Counted from the stretch's first letter, positions 52,069 to 62,891 are shown. The stretch is 64,000 nt of DNA from a virus (IMGVR_UViG_2933320104_000001:2782-66781); one strand, 5' to 3'. The notes: generated by a model from the letters alone, not told the origin. A program made the numbers and translations.

Positions 52069-54915
52069 ATGGCGGATCGCAGTGTTTCGGTCGCGTTGCG
52101 AGCCAAAGTCTCCGACTACGTCGCAGGGATGGGGCAGGCCAAGCGCAGCACCGAGGGCCTATCCAGGCAGCTTCTGGAGACTGGCGGCAGCGCGGATGAG
52201 ATGCGCAGGCGGCTCGAGGCGGCGTCGAAGCGACTCCCGAAAATCAAGATCGATGCGGACTCCTCCGCGGCCGACATTCGGATGGCGCAGCTACGCAAGG
52301 AGCTGGAGTCGCTGTCGTCGAAGCGGATCGGCATCGACATCAGCGCCGAGGAGGCTTTGGCGCGCACGGCTGAGGTGGCGAAGGCGCTCGAAGAGCTGGG
52401 CCACATGGAGGCCGACCCGCTGGTGCGGGCTGATGTGAAGCTGGCGATGGCCGAACTGAAGGCGATCGACGCCGAGCTGAGCAAGATTGACGGCCAGACC
52501 GCGAAGGCCAAGGTGGATGTCGACACCAAGTCGGCGCTGCCTAAGCTTGCGGACTTCGGCGCCACGGCGGGCGAGTCGTTCGCTGAAAGCCTTTCGAAGA
52601 CCGCTGGACCCGCCATGCTGACCGGACTGGCCGCCGCGGCGGTGGCGATCGGTCCCGCGATCGGCAGCGTGACAGCGGCGTCGATGGTGACCAGCATCGG
52701 CGCAGGCTTGACCACGCTCGGCGTCCAAAGCTTGTTCTTCGTCGAGAAGGTGGACAAGAGCTGGTCGAAAGCCCACCAGAAGCGTGTGGAGGAGGCGAAC
52801 CGGGAAGCGGAGAAGCTGAAGGAGCAGTTCCGCGTCCTGGGCGTGGACCTGATGCGAGAGATGGCGCAGTCGAGCCGGCCGCTGCTGTCCGTGCTGGATC
52901 AGGTGCGCTCGACGGCCCGCGACGTCGGCAAGGATGTGGCGCCGAACCTGGAGCGCGGGTTCAGCCTGGCCCGTGTCCCACTGGAGCAGTTCGTACGTGA
53001 CCTGGGCCGCGGGCTGAAGGACCTGGGTGACTCGATCCCGTCGCTGATGGGCGGGTTCAGCGACATCGTCGGGCAGATCGACATCAAGGGCTTCTTGAAG
53101 GAGCTTGGGAGCGCCTTTTCGGAGCTGGGGCGGACGATCAGTGAGAACCGGACCGCGATCGGCGCCGTCTTGAACGGCCTGCTGGCGGCTATCCCGCTGG
53201 CGATCAACGGGTTGTCGAAGGTGGTCGCGTTCTTCGGCACGATGGTTACGGCGACGCTGCGGGCTGGTGCCACCATCGCTGCGGGCATGTCCGGGGTGAC
53301 GAACGCGATCACCGGCATCGGTATCCGGGTCCTGGAGGTGGTCCGCAACATCGGCCAGGCGATGCAGAACGTGCCCGGCGCGGAGGAGCTCGGCAAGCGG
53401 ATCGTCGCCGGCGCGAACGCCGGGATCGACAAGCTGACCGAGCTCAAGAACAAGGCGGACGAGACGTCGCGGTCGCTGAAGCTGAAGGCCGACATCGCCG
53501 ACATTCAGCAGAAGCTCGACAAGGCGATGACGCTGCTCGACGACCCGAACCTGACCAAGGAACGGCGTTCGCAGATCACGTCCGAGATCACGAAGCTCCT
53601 CCAGGCGAAGGGCGAGGCGCTGCGTCAGCTCGGCGACCCGGCGCTGATCAAGGAATACCGGTCGTCGATCACCACGGACATCGCGGCCCTCCAGTCCCGG
53701 CTAGCCGACGCCAAGAAGGAGCTGAAGGACCCGGACCTCACCAAGGAGCGCAAGTCCAGGCTGAACGCGGAGATATCCCAACTCAAGGCGCAAGTCGAGT
53801 TGGCCAAGGCGGCGCTCGCGTCGGTGAAGGACAAGACAGTCACTCTCACGATCGAGCAGCGGATCACCCAGAACAACCGGACGAGCGAGCAGCGCAACCG
53901 GGCAGCCGGCGCGATCGACCGGTATGCGGCAGGCGGGATCACCGCCTACGCTGCGGGCGGCCTGCGTCCTCAGCCTCCTGCGCTGGTGTCGAAGCCGACG
54001 GTCCTGTACGGCGAAGGCAGCAGCGGCACCGGCGCGACAGAGGCGTTTATCCCGTATGAGCAGCAGTTCAGGCCGAGGGCGATCCAGTTGCTCGGCCAGG
54101 TCGCGGCCGACTTTGGACTCGAGGTGTACTCGCCGCAGGCAGCGCTAAAGGTCGACAAGGTGACCTCCGTGCTCGATCAGACGCGGTACGGCGTGGCCAG
54201 TGGCTTGACGTCGGCCACGTCCGCGCTGACGCAGACGCTCGGCCAGTCGGGCAGCCTCACACAGGTGGTCGCGAACGTCGGCGACGTAGGCAAGGCCATG
54301 ACGGCGGGCTGGGTTGAGGGCAGCAACGAGCTCGGCCAGACGGTCACCTCGATGTCAGACACGGTGTCGACGTCGATCGACGACCTGTCCGGCTCCGTCT
54401 CAGATCTGGCGAATGCGGTGGTCGCTGCTAATAGCGCCACGTCCGGGTCAGGACGTGGCTCTCAGGGTGAACAGGCGGTTCCGTCGCCGCGCTCTTCCTC
54501 GACGAAGTCCAAGGGCAAGGCCGGGTCGACGAGCTCGAGTAAGGGCACGGGCAGGGCCAGCCAGGGCGAGCGGGCGGTACCGCCTCCGCCTAAGGCGGCA
54601 ATCGAGAAGCCGATCGTCGTCTCAGCGGACAGGGTCGGCTCGCTGTACGGCAGCGACGGCAGCTACGTCACCGCGTCGGCTCCGCAGACTGGCGGGCTGG
54701 TCAACTCCTCGCGGGTGTCGGCTCCTGTGATGGGTGGCAGCAGCTACCCGGGCATGTCGGGCGGGTCGCCGGGCGGCGGGAGTGGCGGCGGTGGGGCTGC
54801 GGCACCCACGGTGATCAACAAGTCGGTCAACTTCAACGGGACAACGGTCCGGGAAACCGCCGACGCGCAGGTGATGTTCGCGCAGGCCGGCATGTTCCTC
54901 AACAGTCGCGGCTGA
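52069..54915 (+). CDS. Tape measure protein
   Basis: 948 aa, helical; MADRSVSV.L; YAAGG..GE....EAFIP. Confidence 0.92.
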   Translation: MADRSVSVALRAKVSDYVAGMGQAKRSTEGLSRQLLETGGSADEMRRRLEAASKRLPKIKIDADSSAADIRMAQLRKELESLSSKRIGIDISAEEALARTAEVAKALEELGHMEADPLVRADVKLAMAELKAIDAELSKIDGQTAKAKVDVDTKSALPKLADFGATAGESFAESLSKTAGPAMLTGLAAAAVAIGPAIGSVTAASMVTSIGAGLTTLGVQSLFFVEKVDKSWSKAHQKRVEEANREAEKLKEQFRVLGVDLMREMAQSSRPLLSVLDQVRSTARDVGKDVAPNLERGFSLARVPLEQFVRDLGRGLKDLGDSIPSLMGGFSDIVGQIDIKGFLKELGSAFSELGRTISENRTAIGAVLNGLLAAIPLAINGLSKVVAFFGTMVTATLRAGATIAAGMSGVTNAITGIGIRVLEVVRNIGQAMQNVPGAEELGKRIVAGANAGIDKLTELKNKADETSRSLKLKADIADIQQKLDKAMTLLDDPNLTKERRSQITSEITKLLQAKGEALRQLGDPALIKEYRSSITTDIAALQSRLADAKKELKDPDLTKERKSRLNAEISQLKAQVELAKAALASVKDKTVTLTIEQRITQNNRTSEQRNRAAGAIDRYAAGGITAYAAGGLRPQPPALVSKPTVLYGEGSSGTGATEAFIPYEQQFRPRAIQLLGQVAADFGLEVYSPQAALKVDKVTSVLDQTRYGVASGLTSATSALTQTLGQSGSLTQVVANVGDVGKAMTAGWVEGSNELGQTVTSMSDTVSTSIDDLSGSVSDLANAVVAANSATSGSGRGSQGEQAVPSPRSSSTKSKGKAGSTSSSKGTGRASQGERAVPPPPKAAIEKPIVVSADRVGSLYGSDGSYVTASAPQTGGLVNSSRVSAPVMGGSSYPGMSGGSPGGGSGGGGAAAPTVINKSVNFNGTTVRETADAQVMFAQAGMFLNSRG

Positions 54916-54954
54916 GCCCGCCTTTCAACACACGGATGGGAGGCGGGCTTCGCC

Positions 54955-55206
54955 ATGCCATGGGATCCGAATAGCGATCAGACGTTCGGCGAGTGGATGC
55001 GCGGCGGCGAACCGCTAGGCCAGGGCCGTACGGCAGACGTGGTGGTCGGCGAGCGGACCTGGGCCACCCGCGACCAGGTCGACGAGGGCCACACGCGTGA
55101 AGGCGGCCGATACAAGACGACCACTGACCAGGCGGGCCACCAGGTCTCCCAGGAGACCACGTCGGATGGCCGTGAGCGGCAGCACGTACGCATCAACCTC
55201 AGATAG
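54955..55206 (+). CDS. Hypothetical protein
   Basis: GGAGG RBS within a hairpin. Confidence 0.6.
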   Translation: MPWDPNSDQTFGEWMRGGEPLGQGRTADVVVGERTWATRDQVDEGHTREGGRYKTTTDQAGHQVSQETTSDGRERQHVRINLR

Positions 55207-55217
55207 GAGCCGCTCGC

Positions 55218-55685
55218 ATGGCTATCACCCAGGATGGGTGGTTCAACGACACGATGGTGAAGGCGTTGTCGAACACCATCGCTTTGGACCTGTCGAACAC
55301 GACGTCTGGCACCTACAAGGGCGCACTCTTCCAGTCAGCGCTGACGCCGGACTTCTCCGCCACCAACCCCGCCTACGGCAGCGCGCCCTACAACGCCAAC
55401 GAGGCATCCGGGCCGGGCTACAGCTCGGGCGGCCTGAACATGACCGTGACCGGGTTCGGCGAACTCGGCACCGCAGCCAACAAGATCGGATGGAAGTTCT
55501 CCACCCTGCTGTGGACGTCGGCCACCATCTCGGCTGCCGGGCTGCTCGTCTACATCCCCGGCATGTCGAACAAGGCCGTCCTGCTGCGCTGGTTCACCCA
55601 GACGTACCAAGCACAGGACGGCGACTTTTCGATCGCCTTCCACACGGACGGCATCTGGCGCAATCTGAACCGCGCTGCTGCCTGA
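55218..55685 (+). CDS. Minor tail protein
   Basis: K.ALF......NE.SG.GY..GG. Confidence 0.75.
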   Translation: MAITQDGWFNDTMVKALSNTIALDLSNTTSGTYKGALFQSALTPDFSATNPAYGSAPYNANEASGPGYSSGGLNMTVTGFGELGTAANKIGWKFSTLLWTSATISAAGLLVYIPGMSNKAVLLRWFTQTYQAQDGDFSIAFHTDGIWRNLNRAAA

Positions 55686-55745
55686 CCACTTTTCGACCTT
55701 CGACCCCGCCAGCGCGCGGGGTTTTCGCACGTGAGGAGGCCGATA

Positions 55746-56216
55746 GTGGCCAAGGCTGGATACACGATTGTGACGGGCGGCGCGGTCGCTCTCACTGCAT
55801 CGACGGCAAAGAGCGTGCTCGGAGTGCGCGGGGCAAGCGACTTCGGCATCGACCTGAAGAAGATCTGGTGGGGCTTCACCGGCGTGGCCGCGACCGAGGC
55901 GCCCGTGGTGTGCGAGCTGTGCTATTGCACGTTCGGCGCGAACGCCCCCGGCACTAATAGTTCCTCGGTGACGCCCGCCCAGGTGTACGGCAGGGTGATC
56001 AGCCATGGCGTGACGGCGGCGAAGACGTGGACGACGGAGCCGACCACGATCACGGTGCTGGGCGAGGTCCCGCTCACGCCTAACGGCGGCACGCTGCTGT
56101 ATGACTCGCCGCTCGGGGACACCCCTGATTCGGCCCCGAACGAGGGGTTCGTCCTCCGGTTCACCGCTGCCGCGTCTGTGAGCGTGCGGGCCACGATGTG
56201 GTGGGAGCGGCTTTAG
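55746..56216 (+). CDS. Minor tail protein
   Basis: AGGAGG RBS; beta-rich. Confidence 0.72.
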   Translation: MAKAGYTIVTGGAVALTASTAKSVLGVRGASDFGIDLKKIWWGFTGVAATEAPVVCELCYCTFGANAPGTNSSSVTPAQVYGRVISHGVTAAKTWTTEPTTITVLGEVPLTPNGGTLLYDSPLGDTPDSAPNEGFVLRFTAAASVSVRATMWWERL

Positions 56217-56915
56217 ATGCCCGCTTCCGTCCGGGCTGTCTCGACTGCTACCCCGTCGACAGGCTCGTCGAGCGCGAACAAGCCGTCTGGGACGCTGCAG
56301 GGCGACATTCTGCTCGCGTTCCACAGCGTGGACGACGGCGCCCTGACCGACATGGGCACTCCGACGGGCGGCGCCACCTGGCTGTCGCTGGCCACACGCC
56401 AGGCCGGCACCGGCTACGACAACAAAACCAAGGTGTGGTGGAAGGTCGCCGGAGCGTCCGAACCCAGCACTTACACGTTCACGCAGAACTCCTCCGGTGA
56501 CGGCTGTATCGCGATCGCCTGCGTGATGGACGCGGACACAGCGGTGACGCCGGTGGTGGCGCAGACCGGCAACGACACGGCCTCTACGACGGTGCCGACG
56601 CCGGGCATCACACCGACCCGCAGTGATGACCTGGAGTTGAGGTGGGCGTCGGGTAACCCGGACGCCACCGCGACGTCGTGGACGTCCCCGGCGGGGTACA
56701 CGGAAGTGGCCGACGTGACGGGCGGAAACCAGACGGGCAGCCTCGCCTACAAGCAGCTCACGTCGAACGCGGCCACCGGCAGCCTCAACTTCACGGCCAC
56801 GATCTCGCTGCAGTTCCGGCAAGGGTTCACTGTCGCGGTCGCGTCCATCCTGGTGCCTGTTGTGCATCGCCCTGTCTACGGCACGACTGCCGTCCACCGC
56901 GCCGCCAACTGGTAG
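56217..56915 (+). CDS. Minor tail/fibre protein
   Basis: KPSGTLQGDILLA; WKVA..SEP..YTF. Confidence 0.75.
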   Translation: MPASVRAVSTATPSTGSSSANKPSGTLQGDILLAFHSVDDGALTDMGTPTGGATWLSLATRQAGTGYDNKTKVWWKVAGASEPSTYTFTQNSSGDGCIAIACVMDADTAVTPVVAQTGNDTASTTVPTPGITPTRSDDLELRWASGNPDATATSWTSPAGYTEVADVTGGNQTGSLAYKQLTSNAATGSLNFTATISLQFRQGFTVAVASILVPVVHRPVYGTTAVHRAANW

Positions 56916-56927
56916 AGGAGGTGGCGG

Positions 56928-58004
56928 GTGGCTCGTGCAGGCCGCGGCATCCCGAACCGGCCGAGAGTCCTGAAGGGCCGGTTCACCCTTCAGGTGAATC
57001 AGACGCTCGCCCCGTTCGAAACGATCAGCGAGTGGCCGACGATCACGGTCACCACGCCGAACGCCAACATCTTCCTGCCGATCTTCGAGACGACGTCCGA
57101 ATGGCCTGCGCTGACGCTGGCCTTCGATCAGAACCTCACGCTGCCAGTCTTCGAGACCGTCTCGGAATGGCCGGACCTGACGGTCACCACGCCGGTCGTG
57201 CCCGGGGCGCAGATCACCAAGCCGGGGCAGGTGGAGTGGAACTTCACCCTGTGGGGTGAAGGCACCGATGTTGACGTGCTGATCCCAGTTGAGGGATGGC
57301 GGGACCTGCCGCAGGTCGACAACCTGAACGTCCCTCGTCCGGCGCAGCACGGCGCGTGGGACGGCAGGAAGCTCGCTCAGCAGCGGATCGTGACGTTGAG
57401 GTTGCAGCCGAACTCGGCGTCCGATCCGACGTTGATCGATGACCTGCTGGCGCAGATCGACGCGGTTACCGGCTTGCCTGACGATGACACGCCGCTGCCG
57501 CTGGTGATCCGCGGCTACGGAGATCCGCACCTCGCCTACGGGCAGGTGATCGGGCGGACACCGCCGATGGATGGCGACTACAACGTGGGCCTGCCCACGG
57601 TGACGGTGTTGATCGCTTGCGCGGATCCGCGGCGTTACAACGTGCAGCGCACGGGTGTGGTTTTGCCGGTCGGGGTGCAGGTGGCGCTCGGCAACGCCGG
57701 GAACGCCTCGACGCATCCGACGATCCGTGTGGACGGCCCGGCCACTAACCCGACGGTCGCCAACGCGGCCACAGGCAGGTCATTGTCGTTCGCGTTGACC
57801 CTGACGACAGGCCAGCAACTGGTGATCGACGCGTTCAACGGCAACGCCACCGTCGACGGGGACAGCGTCATGTCCACCCTGACCGGCACCAGTTCGCCGG
57901 TGTTCGACTTCACGCTGCAACCGGGCTCGAACCCGGTCACTTACACGGCCACATCGGGCGGCGGAAACAACGCGACGATCCTCTATCGCGACGCGTGGAT
58001 CTGA
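56928..58004 (+). CDS. Distal tail (Dit)-like protein with N-terminal triple repeat
   Basis: GWRDLP; ACADPRRY; NAGN..T.P...V.GP..NP; YRDAW. Confidence 0.82.
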   Translation: MARAGRGIPNRPRVLKGRFTLQVNQTLAPFETISEWPTITVTTPNANIFLPIFETTSEWPALTLAFDQNLTLPVFETVSEWPDLTVTTPVVPGAQITKPGQVEWNFTLWGEGTDVDVLIPVEGWRDLPQVDNLNVPRPAQHGAWDGRKLAQQRIVTLRLQPNSASDPTLIDDLLAQIDAVTGLPDDDTPLPLVIRGYGDPHLAYGQVIGRTPPMDGDYNVGLPTVTVLIACADPRRYNVQRTGVVLPVGVQVALGNAGNASTHPTIRVDGPATNPTVANAATGRSLSFALTLTTGQQLVIDAFNGNATVDGDSVMSTLTGTSSPVFDFTLQPGSNPVTYTATSGGGNNATILYRDAWI

Positions 58005-58040
58005 CCCTTTCGGCCTGCTGACACACCTTGGAGGTGATCG

Positions 58041-59867
58041 GTGGGCGCCCAGGTCAGGTCTTTCACCGTCGCCTCCGCCCACAGCGATCCGATCGTTATC
58101 GCCCGCCCGGTCGGCGTCCAATCCGGCGATGTGCTGGTAGCCGTCTACTTCGGCGACATCGGCGTCACGGGGGTGACAGCGTCCGGCTGGTCCGTCGTCG
58201 GCTCCAAGACCTCCGAAGATCTGAACTGCCGGGTGCTGCGCAAGACAGCGACCGGCGGCGAACCCACCACCTACACCTTCGGCCAGCCGGTCAACTCCGA
58301 CGGCACCCTGCACCTGATCGCGGTCAAGGACGCCGACACCGCCACGGCGCCGAAAGCGGCGTTCCTGATCGGGTCCGGCGAGACGGTGGTGACGCCGTCG
58401 CTGATCCCGGCGTCGGAGTCGACGCTGGAGATCCGCGCCGCGGGCCTGTCCCCGTTCCCCGGGACGTTGACTCTGTCGGCTCCTGCTGGGTATGCGCTGC
58501 GCGGGCAGACGACCGCCCCGTCCGGGTTCATGACGTCCGCGGCGGCCTCCCGCACCATCACCAGTTCGACGGCGACCGGGGAGAAAGGGTTCGGGTTCGT
58601 CCCGTCCGCTACCAGGTTCGGGCTTGGCGTCACCATCTCGATCGCGTCCGCGACGGGCGGCAGTGTGGAGCCTCCGCCGCCGCTCACGCCCGGCCGCGGC
58701 ACCAGCCTGTACCGGTACGTGCTGAGGCGTTGGGACGGCACCTACCTGGACGACGTGGAACTGTCCGGGGTGCGGTTCGACAAGAGGATCGGCCAGCCGG
58801 GCACGTTCAGCGCGTCGATCCCGATCCCGAACGCGACCATCGCCAAACGCGTCGCCCGCGTCATTCCGCGTGACCAGGTGGGGACGGGCGGCATCACCGA
58901 CCTGACCATCGGGCCTGGCGTGGTCACGTGCGAGATCTACCGGGACGGCGTCCCATGGGGTGAGTACTGGATCACCGCCACCCAGATCCAAAGGTCGCGC
59001 CGAGCCGTGCCGCAGATCCAGCTGCGTGGGTCGACGATGGACGCCTTCATGCTGCACGTCGAACTCCAGGAAGACCTGGACTATGTGGGCGAGGACCAGA
59101 TCGACATCGCCCGCGCACTCATCTCCCACATGCAGGACCAGCCGCACGCCAGCCTCAACCTGATCCTGCAATCCGGCACGTCGGGGCAGGTGCGCGACCA
59201 CTCCTACAAGGCGGATGAGGCTACCTATGGGCAGCGCCTCACCGAGTTGGGTGAGCTGGAGAACGGGTTCGAGTGGACGATCAACGTCGTCGCCGGAGCG
59301 CTCGGGCTGGAACGCCACTGGGTGTGGGGATACCCGACCTTGGGCGCCTCGACGGTGCAGCATGTGTTCTCCGACAGTCCGGGCGGCGGCGACATCCTCG
59401 AATGGTCGGAGGAAACCGACGCGCTGCGCGGCGCCACCCGGTGGCGGGCCCGCGGCGGCGTACTGCCGTCCACCGCGGCTGACGCCTCGACCGAGAACGT
59501 GCCGCTCATGTCCACCCCGCACGAAGCAGATGCACACCTGGCGGCCGGGTGGCCGCGCCTGGACCGGACGCTCACCTACAGCTCGGTGATCGTCCCGGCC
59601 ACGCTGGAGGACTACGCCGCCTACTGGGCGGCCACCGCGCCAGGTGCTTTGCGCGTCGACTCGGTCACGGTCGCGCTTGGCAGCCAACCGACGTTCACCC
59701 CGAACTCGCTCGGCGACAAAGCCCGGCTGTTCTTCAACAACCAGTGGCACCTACCCCACAGCAGAGTGCGGCGCATCATCGGCGTCGGCATCACCCCGAC
59801 CTCCCGCCAGTCCGGCAAGGAAGAAGCACAACTCATCTTCGAAGGGCTGGAGGTGCCCGGTGGCTGA
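58041..59867 (+). CDS. Tail hub/Tal-like minor tail protein with extra N-domain
   Basis: EIYRDG..WG; DQ.DIAR.L; GYP.LG; GWPRLD. Confidence 0.82.
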   Translation: MGAQVRSFTVASAHSDPIVIARPVGVQSGDVLVAVYFGDIGVTGVTASGWSVVGSKTSEDLNCRVLRKTATGGEPTTYTFGQPVNSDGTLHLIAVKDADTATAPKAAFLIGSGETVVTPSLIPASESTLEIRAAGLSPFPGTLTLSAPAGYALRGQTTAPSGFMTSAAASRTITSSTATGEKGFGFVPSATRFGLGVTISIASATGGSVEPPPPLTPGRGTSLYRYVLRRWDGTYLDDVELSGVRFDKRIGQPGTFSASIPIPNATIAKRVARVIPRDQVGTGGITDLTIGPGVVTCEIYRDGVPWGEYWITATQIQRSRRAVPQIQLRGSTMDAFMLHVELQEDLDYVGEDQIDIARALISHMQDQPHASLNLILQSGTSGQVRDHSYKADEATYGQRLTELGELENGFEWTINVVAGALGLERHWVWGYPTLGASTVQHVFSDSPGGGDILEWSEETDALRGATRWRARGGVLPSTAADASTENVPLMSTPHEADAHLAAGWPRLDRTLTYSSVIVPATLEDYAAYWAATAPGALRVDSVTVALGSQPTFTPNSLGDKARLFFNNQWHLPHSRVRRIIGVGITPTSRQSGKEEAQLIFEGLEVPGG

Positions 59868-60276
59868 CCGATTCCCCGCCAACGCGCTGGCAGAACTCCG
59901 CCAGCTCCGCAATGACGTCGAGGAGCTGAAAGCGTTGCTCCGGCAGCAGCCCGCGCTCACGACCGCGTCGGCGGGCTGGCAGATGCCGAACCGGTCCGCA
60001 CCACCTACGCCGGCGAGCGGCGGGCATCTGTTCGCCAACTCGAAAGAACCCTTCTGGAAAGACAGCGACGGCACCGTCTACAGCCTCAAGCCATTCGACA
60101 AGGCCTCGAACGTGTCCTCGATGACGGCCACGTCCGGGACGGCGAACGACGCTGTCGTGGATGTCGGGATCAGCTACAGCCAGAACACGATCAACGACAA
60201 CTTCCGTGACGTCGTCGCGAAGCTCAACGCGATCCTTCTCGCATTGAAGAACGCCGGCCACATGTTCGGCCCCTGA
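59860..60276 (+). CDS. Minor tail protein
   Basis: N-terminal coiled coil; KLNAIL.ALK.AG. Confidence 0.7.
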   Translation: MADRFPANALAELRQLRNDVEELKALLRQQPALTTASAGWQMPNRSAPPTPASGGHLFANSKEPFWKDSDGTVYSLKPFDKASNVSSMTATSGTANDAVVDVGISYSQNTINDNFRDVVAKLNAILLALKNAGHMFGP

Positions 60277-60359
60277 TACGTGGCCGCGCGCGCGGGCTTG
60301 TGCTGTCGCCCTGAGGGAGCGCGAGCGGCCACCCCCAACCAACACCAGCGAGGAGCGAC

Positions 60360-60680
60360 GTGGCCGATGAGCCCACACCTTGGGAACTCCACCGGACCGT
60401 GGAAGCCCTCCGACGAACAGTCGAGGCGGGGTTCAACTCCCTGAACTCCCGGCTCGATCGAGTCGTCACTAACGACCTGTTCCAGGCCTATCAGGCGAGC
60501 GTTCAGAGGCAGTTCGACGACCACGAACGTGAAATAGCCGCACTGAAAGCGGAGCGCGACGCCGACAAGAGCCAGCGCACCAACGACCGCAAGCTGATTA
60601 TCACGGCCGTCTTCACCGCGTTCATCGCACCTTTGGTGCTCCTTTTGATCCAGTTGTGGCTGAACAGCAAGGGGTCGTGA
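60360..60680 (+). CDS. Coiled-coil protein with C-terminal TM (lysis cassette)
   Basis: GAGGAG RBS; [21 protein letters not shown]. Confidence 0.75.
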   Translation: MADEPTPWELHRTVEALRRTVEAGFNSLNSRLDRVVTNDLFQAYQASVQRQFDDHEREIAALKAERDADKSQRTNDRKLIITAVFTAFIAPLVLLLIQLWLNSKGS

Positions 60681-61291
60681 TGGGCCGCCATAAAGACGAC
60701 GGGCTAGACCATGACGACCCGAACGAGCAGCCGCGGCGGCCTCGGACCTGGCCGCTGCCTCTGGCGGGCGCCGTGGTGTTCGCGGCGCTGCTCGCGGCTT
60801 TGATGATGCAGGTCCAGAGCGTGAAGGACGATCTGAGGGCTGCCGAGGACAACAGTTCGGCACTGGCCGACCAGGTGCGGCAACTCGGCGGTGTTCCTGT
60901 GGTCACGCCATCGGCGGGGCCTCGAGGAGAACGAGGCGAGACTGGATCCTCCGGTCCTCCAGGACCGCAAGGACTTCCCGGCCGCGCTGGCGCGCCGGGC
61001 AAGCCCGGTACGGCTGGCCCTGCGGGTGTGGCGGGTTCTCCGGGTCCGCCAGGGCCGACTGGTCCTCCTGGCCCTCAGGGCGAGGACGGGAAAGTCGGCA
61101 AGGACGGAGCCCGCGGCGAGCCCGGAGAGAAGGGCGAGCGCGGCCCTGCTGGTCCTCAAGGCGACCCCGGACCGCGCGGCGAGCCCGGCTCGCCGCCGTC
61201 CAGCTGGTCGTTCACCCTCGCCGGGATCCCGTACACCTGCACGCCGACAGAGCCCGGATCCACCAAGTACACGTGCGCGCCAGGAGGCTGA
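60680..61291 (+). CDS. Membrane-anchored collagen-like protein
   Basis: TM helix; long Gly-X-Y run; terminal YTC..YTC. Confidence 0.85.
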   Translation: MGRHKDDGLDHDDPNEQPRRPRTWPLPLAGAVVFAALLAALMMQVQSVKDDLRAAEDNSSALADQVRQLGGVPVVTPSAGPRGERGETGSSGPPGPQGLPGRAGAPGKPGTAGPAGVAGSPGPPGPTGPPGPQGEDGKVGKDGARGEPGEKGERGPAGPQGDPGPRGEPGSPPSSWSFTLAGIPYTCTPTEPGSTKYTCAPGG

Positions 61292-61294
61292 TCT

Positions 61295-62056
61295 ATGCCC
61301 GGCATAGACGCGATGATCAAAACGGCGGCGGACGAGATCGGGTACCGCGAGTCCGGCACCAACAACACCAAGTTCAACCGCTGGCTCGGCAAGCTGCCCG
61401 GCTACCCGCACGATGGGTACGGCTACCCGTGGTGCTCGAGCTTCCTGTCCTGGTGCCTGAACGCGTCCGGCAACGCCGGCGCGGGCCCCAAGACCGCCGG
61501 GTGTGAGACGGGCGTGGCCTGGTTCAAGGCCCACAAGCGCTTCTTCAAGACTCCCGAGGTGGGCGACTTCGTCTACTACGGGCCCGGCGGCGGCACGCAC
61601 GTCGAGTTGGTCGTCTTCGTGTCGAAGGCATCCATCACGACCATCGGCGGCAACACGTCGGGCTCGCTGGACGGCAGGTACTTCAACGGCGACGGCGTCT
61701 ACCGCAAGACCGTCGACCGGGACAGCCCCCGCATCTACGGCTACGGCCGGCCCGACTACCCCAAGGCCGATCCGAAACCGACTCCCGCCAAGCCTGCCAA
61801 GCATGAGCCCGCGAACTGGACGGAGGCCATCGTGAAGAAGCTCCCTCTCCTCAAGCAGGGCGACGAGGGCTGGCACGTGAAGACCATGCACTACCTGCTG
61901 GCCGCCCGCGGCTACGCGGTGCTGCCGGGCGTGGACGACACCCAGTTCACCCGACACCACACGGACGCGCTCAAACATCTCCAGGACGGCGCCGGACTGC
62001 CGCAGAGCGGTACGACCACCCCGGACACGTGGGCGGCCCTGCTGAAGGTCGCATGA
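61295..62056 (+). CDS. Endolysin: CHAP amidase plus peptidoglycan-binding domain
   Basis: PWCSSF; GD.V....HVE.V; TIGGNTS; LKQG..G..VK...Q...GL...G.....TW. Confidence 0.9.
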   Translation: MPGIDAMIKTAADEIGYRESGTNNTKFNRWLGKLPGYPHDGYGYPWCSSFLSWCLNASGNAGAGPKTAGCETGVAWFKAHKRFFKTPEVGDFVYYGPGGGTHVELVVFVSKASITTIGGNTSGSLDGRYFNGDGVYRKTVDRDSPRIYGYGRPDYPKADPKPTPAKPAKHEPANWTEAIVKKLPLLKQGDEGWHVKTMHYLLAARGYAVLPGVDDTQFTRHHTDALKHLQDGAGLPQSGTTTPDTWAALLKVA

Positions 62057-62156
62057 CTCTGTGGACGGCTTGCACTCCCTGATCGGGCTGTACGTGGCCC
62101 GCACCGCATCCAAGCTTCCCGCCATCTCGCCGGCGGGCGTCCCTGAGGAGGGGCAT

Positions 62157-62540
62157 ATGAAGGTATTCGGCCGCGAGCCCGCGGCATGGCTGCACGCGCT
62201 GCAGGCAGTGCTTGCCTTCCTCGTCACCCTGCCCGTCCTCAACGGGCTGGGGTTCACGGAGGAAGTCTCCAACTGGGTCATGACGATCGCCGCTGGCGTG
62301 GTCGCTCTGTTCGTGGCTATCGCTACCCGCCCTGTGGTCGTGTCGGCTCTGACCGGGGCCGTTCAGACGATCCTGACTGGCGCCATCGCGTTCGGGCTGC
62401 CGCTGTCGGAGCAGTCTTCGGGCGCTCTAGTGGCCGCGCTGAACGTGATCCTGATGCTGCTGCTGCCGCTCGGCATCACCCCGGCAGCGGACCCGGACCC
62501 GGCGTTCGTGCGCGCCCGGAATGTCAGAGCGGTCCGCTAG
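62157..62540 (+). CDS. Holin-like multi-TM protein
   Basis: FGREPA start; four hydrophobic segments; follows endolysin. Confidence 0.8.
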   Translation: MKVFGREPAAWLHALQAVLAFLVTLPVLNGLGFTEEVSNWVMTIAAGVVALFVAIATRPVVVSALTGAVQTILTGAIAFGLPLSEQSSGALVAALNVILMLLLPLGITPAADPDPAFVRARNVRAVR

Positions 62541-62844
62541 CCTCAGATCGTGGTCTCGCCCCGGAACGCCGGGTGACGGGACTGCCCCGACGCCGGGGAC
62601 GGGCAACGCCCGAGTCCGGATGTCTCACGCTGAGGACCCGGCCTCGGAGATCTCTCCCGGGCCGGGACTCCTCGTACGGGTCGGCGAATGCCTCCTGTAC
62701 GGCGGACCGCATGAGTGCGGGTACACCTGCCACCCAGGGCGCCTCCTGAACGCCTACGACGTCGAGAGAACCTGTCACCCCGCCTCGATACGCTCGTAGA
62801 GCGCGACCAACGCACCGAGGTCCCTGTCGGGATGACTCGACAAC

Positions 62845-62880
62845 GGCCCCGTCCACCTTCGGGTGGGCGGGGCCTTCTTC
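62845..62880 (+). terminator. Intrinsic terminator ending the late operon
   Basis: GGCCCCGTCCACC-TTCG-GGTGGGCGGGGCC then TTCTTC; between convergent genes. Confidence 0.75.
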
Positions 62881-62891
62881 GCGTTGTACGG

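Noticed and set aside
55335-59750. 793-aa and 656-aa reverse-strand ORFs
   Set aside because: Shadows of clear + strand tail genes
60704-62281. 525-aa reverse-strand ORF
   Set aside because: Antisense to the collagen-like, endolysin and holin genes
62620-62799. Small Cys/His ORF after the holin
   Set aside because: No clear RBS or recognisable family; left uncalled
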